DNA of 64,000 bases from Candidatus Undinarchaeota archaeon (GTDB lineage: Archaea > SpSt-1190 > JASMDC01): positions 346,132 through 410,131 of the forward strand of contig CAZFHY010000001.1 in NCBI GenBank assembly GCA_964519305.1, read 5' to 3'. Positions 8,211 through 19,000 of the stretch are shown here, piece after piece. The first letter of the stretch is position 1, and each line of letters starts with the position of its first letter. Below the pieces are notes generated by a model that worked only from the letters and a program-made list of their open reading frames with translations, was not told where the DNA came from and did not search any database. The position numbers and the translations under genes were made by a program.

Positions 8211-9668
8211 ATGACAATCCGTAAGTCGCTCACAAAATCCAAGATCATCTGCACACTGGGACCTGCGACCTCCTCACCCGAGCAGATAAAAAAACTGGCA
8301 GAGCTCGGGATGGACTGTGCACGTATCGATTTCTCGTGCGGGACTGTGAACGAGAGACTCTCATTGTTCAAGAACGTCCGGAAGGCGGATGAGACCATCC
8401 CTATCCTCTGCGAGCTCCAGGGACCGAAGATCAGGATCGGAAAGATGCAAAATGGCGGGGCCGTCCTCCTACCGGGGAACAAGATAACGATCACGAAGAA
8501 GGACGTCCCCGGCACCTGTGAGAAGATATCGCTCCCATGTAAGGACCTCTACAAAGATCTGAAGCAGGGCGACCTGTTCTACATCAATGACGGTATCGTG
8601 TGCCTGAGGATAGAGACCATCTCGGAGGAGGAGATGGAGTGCACTATCCTGTCGGGTGGGTTCATCTCCAGCAAGATGGGCGTGAACACACCGTCGCTCG
8701 TCTTCCCGTTCACGGTACCGACAGGGAAGGACATACAGGACCTCTGGGTCATCGCCGATCTCGATCCCGAGTTCGTGGCGGTGTCCTACGCGGACACCGA
8801 GAGCGACGTGCTAGCAGTCAAGAAGATCCTGACCGAGCGCGGTAACGACAGTATCAAGCTGATCACGAAGATCGACCGACCTATCGCGCTGGCCACGTTC
8901 GACTCCATCCTTGAGGTCTCAGATGGCATCATGGTGGCACGGGGCGATCTGGGTGTTGAGATACCCCCGGAAGAGGTGCTCCCCTACCAGAAGGAGATGA
9001 TCAGGAAGTGCAACATCGCGGGAAAACCTATCATCGTGGCCACCCAGATGCTCGAGTCCATGGTGAAGTCCCCTATGCCCACACGAGCAGAGATATCTGA
9101 TGTGTTCAACGCGATCGAGGACGGCGCCGACGCCGTCATGCTGAGCGCAGAGACCGCATCGGGCGACTACCCTGGTGAGGCGGTCGAAATGATGGAGAGG
9201 GTGATACGGGTGTCCGAGGCACTGATCCCCCAGAGGAACCCCGATAAATACGACTCGGAGAACGAGACCACGTCAGAGATGATCGGTCACCTTGTGTACT
9301 CAGCATGCAAGGAACTGAATGACATGCAGTACAAGAAAGGGATGATCATCTGCCTCACCCATAACGGCTACACTGGGCGCATGGTGTCGAAGTACAGGCC
9401 GGCACTGCCCATTCTTGGGATCACTTCCCATCCGCGGACGGCAAGGGAGATGAGGCTGGTGTGGGGTATAGAACCGCTCCTGATACAGGGACTTGACGGA
9501 TCTGAGGACAGCCTTACCCTGATACGAAGGTCCATCAAGGGCTGTTTCGAGAAGGACCTCATCGAACAGGACGAAACGCTCATCATCGCCGCCAACATGC
9601 TGGACCGCCCCTCGCAGACGAACATGGTCGCCGTCTTCTCTGCCAGGGATATCCTGAAGGACCAATGA
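8211..9668 (+). CDS. pyk: Pyruvate kinase (divergent active-site residues)
   Basis: KIICTLGPA, DGIMVARGDLGVE, ATQMLESM, PTRAE and DAVMLSAETA motifs. Confidence 0.9.
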   Translation: MTIRKSLTKSKIICTLGPATSSPEQIKKLAELGMDCARIDFSCGTVNERLSLFKNVRKADETIPILCELQGPKIRIGKMQNGGAVLLPGNKITITKKDVPGTCEKISLPCKDLYKDLKQGDLFYINDGIVCLRIETISEEEMECTILSGGFISSKMGVNTPSLVFPFTVPTGKDIQDLWVIADLDPEFVAVSYADTESDVLAVKKILTERGNDSIKLITKIDRPIALATFDSILEVSDGIMVARGDLGVEIPPEEVLPYQKEMIRKCNIAGKPIIVATQMLESMVKSPMPTRAEISDVFNAIEDGADAVMLSAETASGDYPGEAVEMMERVIRVSEALIPQRNPDKYDSENETTSEMIGHLVYSACKELNDMQYKKGMIICLTHNGYTGRMVSKYRPALPILGITSHPRTAREMRLVWGIEPLLIQGLDGSEDSLTLIRRSIKGCFEKDLIEQDETLIIAANMLDRPSQTNMVAVFSARDILKDQ

Positions 9669-9750
9669 TCCGGACAACCTAGGTGGGATCGCTGTCTACA
9701 GCGGGTCCGAACAGCACCTGAACCCGATGCCCGGCAGACCGTAACTGGGG

Positions 9751-10284
9751 CTATTCTTGGGACATGACCGGTCGTACCACGGGAGTCACTACGCCAGCAT
9801 CCTTCTCGAGCAGGGCTGCGGGGATGCATACCTCGAAGTACGGCCAGCCGTACTTGGAGTTACTAGAGTACACCATCATGTTCCGTGCCCGGCACGGATG
9901 GAGCGCGCACAGGTCCTGGCGGGGGCTTCTGTCCCTTGGCGGGATCGTGCATCCGGGATCGGCCCCGGGCATGCATCCGTTCTGGACGTACCAGATGCAC
10001 TCGGTGGCGTCTGCGGGATCGTCCGTGTCATCATGGTCGGGCGGCACGCAGTACTTGGGATCCTCGTATATGTTCCAGCTGCCACCAAAGGAGAACGCGC
10101 ACTGTACCGCACCGTCCCCGCCAGCCCCTTCCTCCAGCAGGTCGACGAACCCGTCCGATGAGGGTAGTGGCGGGGCGATGTTCACGAGCGCGGACCACAG
10201 CCCTACCGCGATCACACCGATGATGAGCAGATTAACAAGGTTCTCATTACCGGTCCCTTGGACTGCGGGACTGTCGTCCGTCAT
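9751..10284 (-). CDS. Hypothetical Cys-rich membrane-anchored protein
   Basis: GAGGGTGA SD-like site before ATG 10284; one TM helix followed by a domain with 8 Cys. Confidence 0.55.
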   Translation of the reverse strand: MTDDSPAVQGTGNENLVNLLIIGVIAVGLWSALVNIAPPLPSSDGFVDLLEEGAGGDGAVQCAFSFGGSWNIYEDPKYCVPPDHDDTDDPADATECIWYVQNGCMPGADPGCTIPPRDRSPRQDLCALHPCRARNMMVYSSNSKYGWPYFEVCIPAALLEKDAGVVTPVVRPVMSQE

Positions 10285-10288
10285 TGCG

Positions 10289-11725
10289 CTACTCATCACC
10301 CTCGGTAGCCGCCGGGCTCTCAAACTCGACACATCCTGACAGAGCGTCCTCGGCACCTTCGGCCTGGTACGCGAGCCTCCCCCGATGGATTACTGCCAGT
10401 GGCATGATCGGATTATCGATATTGGCGAGCACCACGTCGGCTGGCCGGCCCTCGGCGAGCACTCCCGAGTCGAGCCCGAAGACGCCCGCAGGCGTGCTCG
10501 TGAAGGTCGGCAGCACCCGCCAGTACTCCTTACCGGTCTCCTTACAGGCGGCCAGTACACGTCCTCTGATGGGATCATGGTGACCTGCGCCGTAATCGGT
10601 GGAGATTATGTCTGCCGCACCCTCCTCGATGAACCTTACAAAGGTCTCCAGCTCGTCGGCGAAGCCCTCTCGGGCCGAGTTGAAGGTCGAGGCACCGGCA
10701 TAAGTAGGGTACTTACGCCGCTTCTTGATGGAACTGACCCATGCCATCGCCTCGTCGGGCGGGATGTTCGGATGGTTCGTGTGACCCAGCACGAGAATCC
10801 GGGGCAGGTCTGCGATCCTCTCGATGACGCCCAAGGATGGGAGCCCGGTGTGGACGAGCATTGGAGCTCCGGTCATCATGGCCATCTGGGCGGCATATCG
10901 TGTGCTCTCCATCTCTTCCTTGACCGCAGGGCCCAACCGCTCCACAACGTCACGCCGGATCCCCTCCATCGATCCCATCGGTATGCCAAGATCGGCCGCT
11001 GCCTCGCGGTACGCCTTTATCTCCTTGGGCGACTCCCGGGGTGTGAGCGTCCGCAGGTCGTACAGTGCCTTCTTAAGTCTCTCCCCGCCCCGTTCGCCCA
11101 GCTCGACGCCACACCGCGCGCGGACGATGCCCGGGATGATGCGGTAAGCGGCGACGCCACCCAGGAATGTCGCGCCCGAGCCCACTTCGCCCACACCGAT
11201 CACAACGTCAGGATGGCGCTTGATCTGTGTCTCGGTGTCCAGGAAGCGTACCTCGGCGAGCCCGCACCCGTCCACGCAACGCGCCGCGGCCAGGGCGTGG
11301 GGGTTCACATTGGAGAGCGTGTAGATGGAAAGGTGGGGGAAGGCCTTACGGACAGCACGCACCTTGAGAGGATCACAGAAGTTGTCCGCCGATATGATCG
11401 TTCCGGTCCCCTGCCGCAGGTGTATCCGGAGGTTCTCCACCGTTTGCTCAGGTACCGGCGGCTCCGAACCGCTGGAGAAGAGCGGCGTGCCGGCGATTAT
11501 CCCGTGGGCGTGGATGTTGACAACCGAAGGTTCGGCGACGAGTTCGCACTCACCCTCGCCCCCGGGTGTTATCGAGGCGATGGTCCCGTCGGGAGCGAAC
11601 CTGATACTCGCATTCCTCGACGGATTCTCCCCGGTCCCGTCAAAGAGAAGGACGTTGTTAAGTGTCCTGACAAGAGGGCCGGGAGCCTCCCCCTCTAGTA
11701 GAACTGCTTGATCGTTTCCTTCCAC
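10289..11725 (-). CDS. Metal-dependent amidohydrolase superfamily protein
   Basis: NIHAH (HxH), later His residues, STD, PA..FG and G.LAEGRPADVV motifs; GTG at 11725 overlaps the upstream gene. Confidence 0.75.
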   Translation of the reverse strand: MEGNDQAVLLEGEAPGPLVRTLNNVLLFDGTGENPSRNASIRFAPDGTIASITPGGEGECELVAEPSVVNIHAHGIIAGTPLFSSGSEPPVPEQTVENLRIHLRQGTGTIISADNFCDPLKVRAVRKAFPHLSIYTLSNVNPHALAAARCVDGCGLAEVRFLDTETQIKRHPDVVIGVGEVGSGATFLGGVAAYRIIPGIVRARCGVELGERGGERLKKALYDLRTLTPRESPKEIKAYREAAADLGIPMGSMEGIRRDVVERLGPAVKEEMESTRYAAQMAMMTGAPMLVHTGLPSLGVIERIADLPRILVLGHTNHPNIPPDEAMAWVSSIKKRRKYPTYAGASTFNSAREGFADELETFVRFIEEGAADIISTDYGAGHHDPIRGRVLAACKETGKEYWRVLPTFTSTPAGVFGLDSGVLAEGRPADVVLANIDNPIMPLAVIHRGRLAYQAEGAEDALSGCVEFESPAATEGDE

Positions 11726-12924
11726 TTCCGCACCCCGGTTCGCGAGAGCCCCATGGCCGCGAGCGTCCTGCCTTCCTTGATGATGCGTCCCATACCGAGG
11801 GCGATCACCTCGTTGATGACGCTCTGGTGGACGGGCACGTCCATACCGAGCGCCCTGCCCAGCGACCACATGGGAACAACCCTGGTGGGTAGCTCCTCGG
11901 TGAGGTAGCGGTGGGTCAGGATACTGGGTGCAGGCGACACTGCTGGATCCCCGTAGTACGGGGTCTTGGGATCGTTGAGCATCTCGTGGAGCGAACGACG
12001 TCTGCCCTTCTTGTCATTGAGGGCTATGTCGTACGCCACGTTGAGGAAGGTTCGGCAGGACTTCGCAGGCTCCATGCCCAGGTTGACCGAGATCCGGGCC
12101 CGTTCCTCGTCGAAGCGCTCCATCCGTGCAGTCATCCTCTTGGTGAAGCTGAGGTAGAAGTTGAAGGGACCCCGATCACCCCTGGCGACTGCCATGATCT
12201 TGCTGACGTTACCGAGCATGCCCAGAGCATGGAAAGCAGGCGAGTCGTGGACGCCCTCCTCCAGGGGATCGTGGCAGGGCTGCAGCTTTGTCGGCAGGAA
12301 GAACGGCTGGACCTTCGCCATGTTCTTCTCCATTGGCTTAATGGGGATACCGGTTGCGAGCAGGTTGTTCTTCTGGCGCTTGAGCAGGGAGGTGACCGTT
12401 CCCTCTTCGATGTTCACGAAGGCCTTGCAGGTGATGCCCAGTGTCTCGGTGCCCAGGATCTGCACTGACTTGCGGATCTTCTGCTGGCGCTCCGAACCGG
12501 AGTCCTCGTGCAGGATCTTCCGTGCGCAGAGGGTGCCGCCCACGCCATCCGAGTGGATGATGAGGTGGGCCCCTTTCCGGTCGATGTGGGGTGCGAGGCT
12601 CCTGACCAGTCCCCGGTGGTGATGGGCGGGTGTGAGTAGGTGAATGTAATCTGCGCCGGTCACAGCCTCGGCTATGTCGTCGGTGACCTTGGGCAGCTTG
12701 GAGATCTCATGGGCGGTCTTGATCTTCGCCGGGTCCTTAATGTCCGCGATCTTGAAGGTCCACGATTTCGCTTGCTGTAGGGCCTCGAGGCGCTTCTTGA
12801 GCCCTCCCACCGTGGGCTCGAAGAGTGTGAGGTTCTTGGCCGGTACGACCTTGTTGAGGATCCATAGGAGGGAGTACGTGATGCCCCCCTGCCCTGCACC
12901 GATGACTGCGACCTTGCCTCTCAT
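11695..12924 (-). CDS. NAD/NADP octopine/nopaline (opine) dehydrogenase family protein
   Basis: VAVIGAGQGG Rossmann motif; C-terminal HRYLTEELP...LG...GRTLAAMGL pattern. Confidence 0.75.
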   Translation of the reverse strand: MRGKVAVIGAGQGGITYSLLWILNKVVPAKNLTLFEPTVGGLKKRLEALQQAKSWTFKIADIKDPAKIKTAHEISKLPKVTDDIAEAVTGADYIHLLTPAHHHRGLVRSLAPHIDRKGAHLIIHSDGVGGTLCARKILHEDSGSERQQKIRKSVQILGTETLGITCKAFVNIEEGTVTSLLKRQKNNLLATGIPIKPMEKNMAKVQPFFLPTKLQPCHDPLEEGVHDSPAFHALGMLGNVSKIMAVARGDRGPFNFYLSFTKRMTARMERFDEERARISVNLGMEPAKSCRTFLNVAYDIALNDKKGRRRSLHEMLNDPKTPYYGDPAVSPAPSILTHRYLTEELPTRVVPMWSLGRALGMDVPVHQSVINEVIALGMGRIIKEGRTLAAMGLSRTGVRKWKETIKQFY

Positions 12925-13046
12925 GGAAGGGGGATAGATTCCGAACAAATAAAAGAATGAGCGTGACGTTCCGACGGCGAGGCCGTGGGGGATTCACCCT
13001 AAAAAAACGTCGCGATATTTAATAACTGCTTGACTCATCCTAAAGT

Positions 13047-16000
13047 ATGGGAGACCGAGGAAGACTATCAATCGTACTGCTGGTAACCATAATTATCGCG
13101 CTCGCCATGGCCCAAGGCGCCAACACGAAGGTGCTGCCCCTTGTGGTCCAGCGTTATTACGAACCTGGCGAGACCATGGAGGTCAAGCTCGCCTACTTTG
13201 ATGACTCCGGGCTCGTGACCGGTGAGCCCACCATAATCCAGCTCACCGATCCGCGTGGTCAGGTGATGGACAAGCAGACAATCACGCCCTCGGGATCCAC
13301 TGCGTCCTATACCTACAAGATCCCCATGGGGACACCGCCCGACTACCAGGACCCGTGGTTCGGCAGCTGGACCATGACGGCCTTGATGGGTAATTACATG
13401 AAAGCGGTCACCTTCGACGTACGGCGCCAGGTAGGCCGCCGGTACCACCGCGGGCTGTACGAGAAGGAGGCCTACATCTCCCAGCATCCCTATGCCAACG
13501 ACGCGGCCATCATAATCTCCCCCCGCACCTCCGTGCTCCCGTCCGGCGTCGACACTCCGCTCCCGGTCACCGCTATCCACCGGTTCGGCCCGTACCGTGG
13601 GGTGATGATCGTGCGCGTGTACACCGACACCGAGAAGGTGTTCGAGGAGTTCACCTGGGTGGAGGACGGGACGTACGTACCGACAGTGAACCTCGAGCCC
13701 GGCTCATACCACATCGTCGCGGATATATTCCCCGGCGAGGGTCGGCGCACACAGGCCACGAGCCTCACCGCAGCTCCTGCGATAGTGCTCGTACCCACGC
13801 CCGACAGGTGCAACGTCTTCGTTGTGGTGCTCCTCGATCCGGCTACCCTGAAACCGGTCCCGGGCGCCTCTGTCACCGTCAACGGCGTCACGCTCACGAC
13901 AGATACGGCCGGTCACGTGCTGTTCCCCAAAGGCTCGGTAGCCAACGATCGGACCTCGATCAGCTACACGCTCCCCGACGGCAGGAAAGGGAGCTACGAG
14001 GTGGGCACCTACTCCTCTTGTTCGTCCTCGTCCTGGACCGACATCGCGTTCGCCACCGACAGGCCCATCTACAATCCTGGCCAGACCGTGTTCTTCCGGG
14101 GCTACTCCTGGAAGTGGACCGGAGAGCGTGTGCTCCCCGTCTCCCAGAAGATCAAGGTCACGCTCCGCAGCAACCGGGGGTTCACCATCCTCGAGGAGAC
14201 CGTGACCAGCAACGAGTACGGTATCTATGACGGCCATGTCACCCTCCCCATGAACATCGATGAGGAGACCTACTGGTTCCAGGTCGACGGTGGCCGGGGC
14301 CAGCAGATCGAGGTGAAGTTCTTCGAGAAGAAGCAACTTATCAGCGAGATGGAACTGGACAAGGAGCACGAGGGCTACGACCACGGTGATGTGGTCAAGG
14401 GCAACGTCTCCCTGCGCTACTACTTCGGTAAACCGGCCTCCAACAGCGACGTGGAGCTCACCGTTTGGTGGGCCGCCCGCGAGCCGGGGAGCGGCTACTA
14501 CGGAGGGCCGGTCTACTACGACGAGCCCATGTACTACGGGGGAGGTATGGACCTCTACGAGCCCATGATGGCCAAGGAAATCTCGTACCGCGGCATGCCG
14601 TCACCGCCCTGGGGGGGCGGGCCCGGTCTTGTCAAGCTCCAGGTCTACAAGCGCATCAATCTCACCACCGACACCGACGGCGTCGGCTCCTTCGAGGTAC
14701 CTCTGGAGGAGCTGAAGGGCACCCACATCATCGTTGATGCCCATATAACCGATCCCGCGGGCCGCACGGTGGACCTCTCCAAGAACGCCAAGCTCGCTCC
14801 CGAGGTGACCGTGAACGTCGCCATGACCTACTATCCGGGGAACGAGACGCTCCACCTGACGGCCACGAGCAAGGGTACCGACGCATCGAACCTCCGTTCC
14901 ATGACGATGGATCTCACTGGTGTCCCCCCCGACGGGGAGCCCGAGAAGATCAAATCCCTCACCCTCGACCCCACCACGGGCTCGAAGGTCGAGCAGGACT
15001 TCACGGTGTCCCGTGACGTCGCCCTGAAATACATGTACCTGGAGGGCGAGCTAGGGGTCGTGGACCGGTACGGACGCGCCTGGGGCGCGTTCGGCCAGGC
15101 GGTCTCGGGCAAGTACGAGCTCACGCTCACTCCGCGACTGGACGGGGAGAAGGTCGTTGCCGAGCTCGCTCTTATCGACACTCTCACGGGCGAGCCGGTC
15201 AGTGACAATGACATGCGCTGGTCGTTCAACGGCCCCATGGCGGGACAGTCTGTCGGCATCCATATCCAGACCTCTTCCGACGGGACCGAGACCATCGGTG
15301 TCCCCGTGCCCCATCATCCCGAAGGCCTCTACGCTATCTCCGCTACGGCCACCATCGGGTTCAACGAGGAGACGGGCTACGACAGGGGACTCACCCTGAC
15401 CGTGCAGCGTCCGGTCGTGCTCGGTACAATCCGCACCGCGCGACTGTGGACCCTCACACAGGAGGTGGAACCTGGCGATGAGGCGCGGTTCGTCCGCCAG
15501 TACAACGGATTCGATCCCGATGCGGTCATCGTGGAGCGGCACTACATGCGCAATATCCCCCTCCGGACCGTCGTTCGCACAGTGGGCGACGGCGGGAACG
15601 TAACGGTTGGGATCCCGACTAGTGAGGACGACCTGGGCGGTGTAGGGCTGGCCGTGTTCGTCGTTGGCACAAACGGTATCACATACCCTCTTGGTGGCCA
15701 GGCCAGGCTCAAGCTCAAAGGGTTGCGGACAACCATCAGCGTCGACCGCGAGGTGTATGAGCCCCGCGACGATCTAACTCTCACTGTAACGGTCACGGAC
15801 AAGGAGGGCAGGCCCGTACCGAACGCTGCCGTAGGTGTGAAGGTCGTCGACCAGTCGGTCATCGACGCGTCCGAGCGCGGTGATGTCGTTTCACGACCCC
15901 TCTCCCGCTCCTGGTCTATCACATCGAACGCGAACTTCCAGGGCAATATGAACATGCGACGGATGTACGGCACGCCCGTCAGCGATCCCGCGAAGCTGGA

Positions 16001-19000
16001 GACGAGCAGCGATAATCCCGCCCGAGCCCACTGGGACCGCGGCGATTACATGGAGCGGAACGCGGGTCGCGCGATGATGGGTGGTAGCATGGCCCCGCCC
16101 GGGGCACCGATGGCCGCCATGGAGATGGAAGAGGGATTCGCCATGGCCGACAGCGATATGGTGATGCAGAAATCCTCCGAGTCGAAGGCCATGTCCTTGG
16201 GCGCCGACGATACCGCTGCAGTGCTGGCGACGGTGCAGATGCGCACGATGTTCCCAGAGACATTCTTGTGGGAGCCGTTCGCCCTCACCGGCGAGGACGG
16301 CACCTTCACCACCACTGTGATGGTCCCCGACTCGCTCACCACCTGGAAGGCGGCCGTGTACGCGTCCACCATGGACGCCCGGTACGCCGAGAACGCCACC
16401 GACTTCGTCTCGCAGAAGGAGTTCTTCATCAAGCCCTACTTCCCGGCTTCGCTCACGCAAGGCGACAACACGACCATGCAGATGACCGTGCACAGCTATC
16501 TGGACGGCGACCTCGATACGCTCGCAGGGCTCAAGGAGGAGGAGTGGTTCGATCTGTTCACCCCCAATGCGGCCACATTCACCCTCCACAAGGACATCCC
16601 CCAGTCGGTCTCCTGGCGCCTGAGGGCCCGTACGCCCTTCTTCCAGAACCTCACGTTCTTCGCTACGGCATCGGCGTCCGACGGGACCGAGCTCACCGAT
16701 GGTGTCCAGGACCGCATCTGGGTCCGGCCCAACGGTGTGCCCTGGGAGGAGACCGTGTCAGGTGACACTGACAAGGAAGAGGTGACATTCACCATCAATG
16801 TGCCCAAGGAGGCCTACGACATCTCCGTGCGTGGTTACGCCCGGTTCGGCTCCGAGTCGCTGTCCATCTACACAGGTTCCGCCCGGGTGGACGGATACTC
16901 CTATCCGACAACCGAGGTCACCGCGTCCAAGATCATACCCACCGTACTCTCCCACGAGTACCGAAAGAAGCTCAAGCTCATCAGCAGCGAGCGCTGGTTC
17001 AAGGAGCGGGTCCGCAGCCTTGCCCTCGAGCTTGTGTTCATGCGCCACGCCGACGGCGGCTGGGGCTGGTGGAAGAAGGGTCCGTCGACCACCTACATGA
17101 CGGCCTACGCCCTTCGGGCGCTCTCCACCGCCAAGCGCCACGTGCTCGTGGACGACTCGATGATACAGGGCGCGGTCCGCTGGCTGGCCAACCACGCCAA
17201 CGGCGACGGGTCCTACAACGGCACTCAGTGGCTCACCGGCAACGATGCCGGGATGACCGCCTACGTGCTCCTCTCCCTGGCAGAGGCGGGTCAGTCCGTT
17301 CCCGGTGAGGGGATGAACTTCCTGCATCAGAAGTGGGTTGCTGGCGAGATCAGCGATCCATACACCATCGCACTTTACGCACGACTGCTCTCGCACACGC
17401 GTGATGCCCAGGGCGACGAACGGGCCGTTGTGAACAAGCTGCTCTCCCTGCTCAAGGAGGAGGATCCCTACATCTCGTGGAGCCGCGGGTATTCGCTCGG
17501 CGGGCCCGACGAGACCACAGCACAGGCCGCGATGGCTCTCCTGGAGCAGCCGGCCTATCGCGATACCGCAAAGGCCGCGCTGAAGTGGCTGCGTGAGCGC
17601 AATCCCTGGGAGTTCACCACCACCGCCGACCAGATCGCCTCTCTGGCCGCTCACCTGCGGCTGCTGGAGATCGAACCGCCCGTCATCCCCGACATGAACG
17701 TCGAACTGTACGTGAACGGTGAGCGGATCGACTCGGTCCATCTCGAGGGCATCTGGGGCATGTCGGGCGAGCTGCGCCTCACCGACTTCCTGCGACATGG
17801 TGATAACACCATCCGCATCGTGCGCCGCGGGAAAGGAAAGCTGTTCTACGACGTGTGGTCCACGGCCACCCTGGGCGGTAACGTGACCGCCGCGTTCGAG
17901 GTGGGCGAGCCCGCCTCACCGGGCGTGTACCCGGTCAAGATGACCCTCACACCCCACGCAGACGTGGCAGTGCCCGCACGCATCAGCATCGAGCTGCCCG
18001 TACCCGACGGTGTCGAGGTGCGGCCCACGCGCCGGCTCTACGTGGACAGCCTTCCCGAGCCACGGACCTTCGAACTCTACTACGTCACCGACCGCGCCGT
18101 CGATCGGCTGGAGCTGGGTAAGGCCAAGGCCGAGTACGGTCTGGCCCGCGGTACCAAAGTCGGCGGTAAGCAGTTCGAAACATGGGAGCTCCCGACGCTT
18201 ACCAACACCGAACCGGCCGGCACGGGCCCTGCGCTCACCGTCTCAAAGAGCGCTTCCTTCGCCACCGCAGGCAGGGATCGTGTACATGTGACCCTCGTGG
18301 TCCACAATACCGGGAACGATCCTGTGACGGGCGACCTCTACGACTTCGTGCCCGCCGGACTGACCGCGGCCGGATCCGAGGACAAGGACCCCGACCTCGC
18401 GCTGCACTGGCCTGTGGACCTCGTTGCCGGAGGAAGCACATCTGTCACCTACGAGCTCTACGGCGAGCCCGGGAAGTATAAGCTCGACGCCGCCGTCGCG
18501 TTCACCGATGACGGCATGGTATCCTCCGAGCCCGTCGGTATCGTGCTGGTCCGTGGCGAGGACATCGTCGTGCTCCGTACCTACGACACCACCGTCCCCG
18601 ATCCCGGGGACAACGTCAATGTGTCCATCACGGTCACCTCGGGCGTCCACCAGCACTTCGTGGTGGTAGAGGAGCCCATCCCACCCGGGTTCACCGTGAC
18701 CGGATACGCCGACGAGGGCGGTTCGGTACGCAAGGTCATGGTCAAGGCCGACAAGATCGTATGGTTCCTCGATCACACAAGCGACGTTGGTCTGTGGTAC
18801 GAACTGTCCGCCTCGTCCGAGGGACGGGTGCAGGCGGCCGGTACTCGCGCCTACCCGCAGTTCACGCCCGAGAACGAGGGCTTCGCTGACGAGGTCGTGC
18901 TGTCCATCGGCCAGAACGCCCCCGAGCCAGAGCCCGTGCACGTAGTGGAGCTGCCCTACGCCGAGGGCGTCGTCGTCGAGGACCCGCAGCCGACGGCAAG

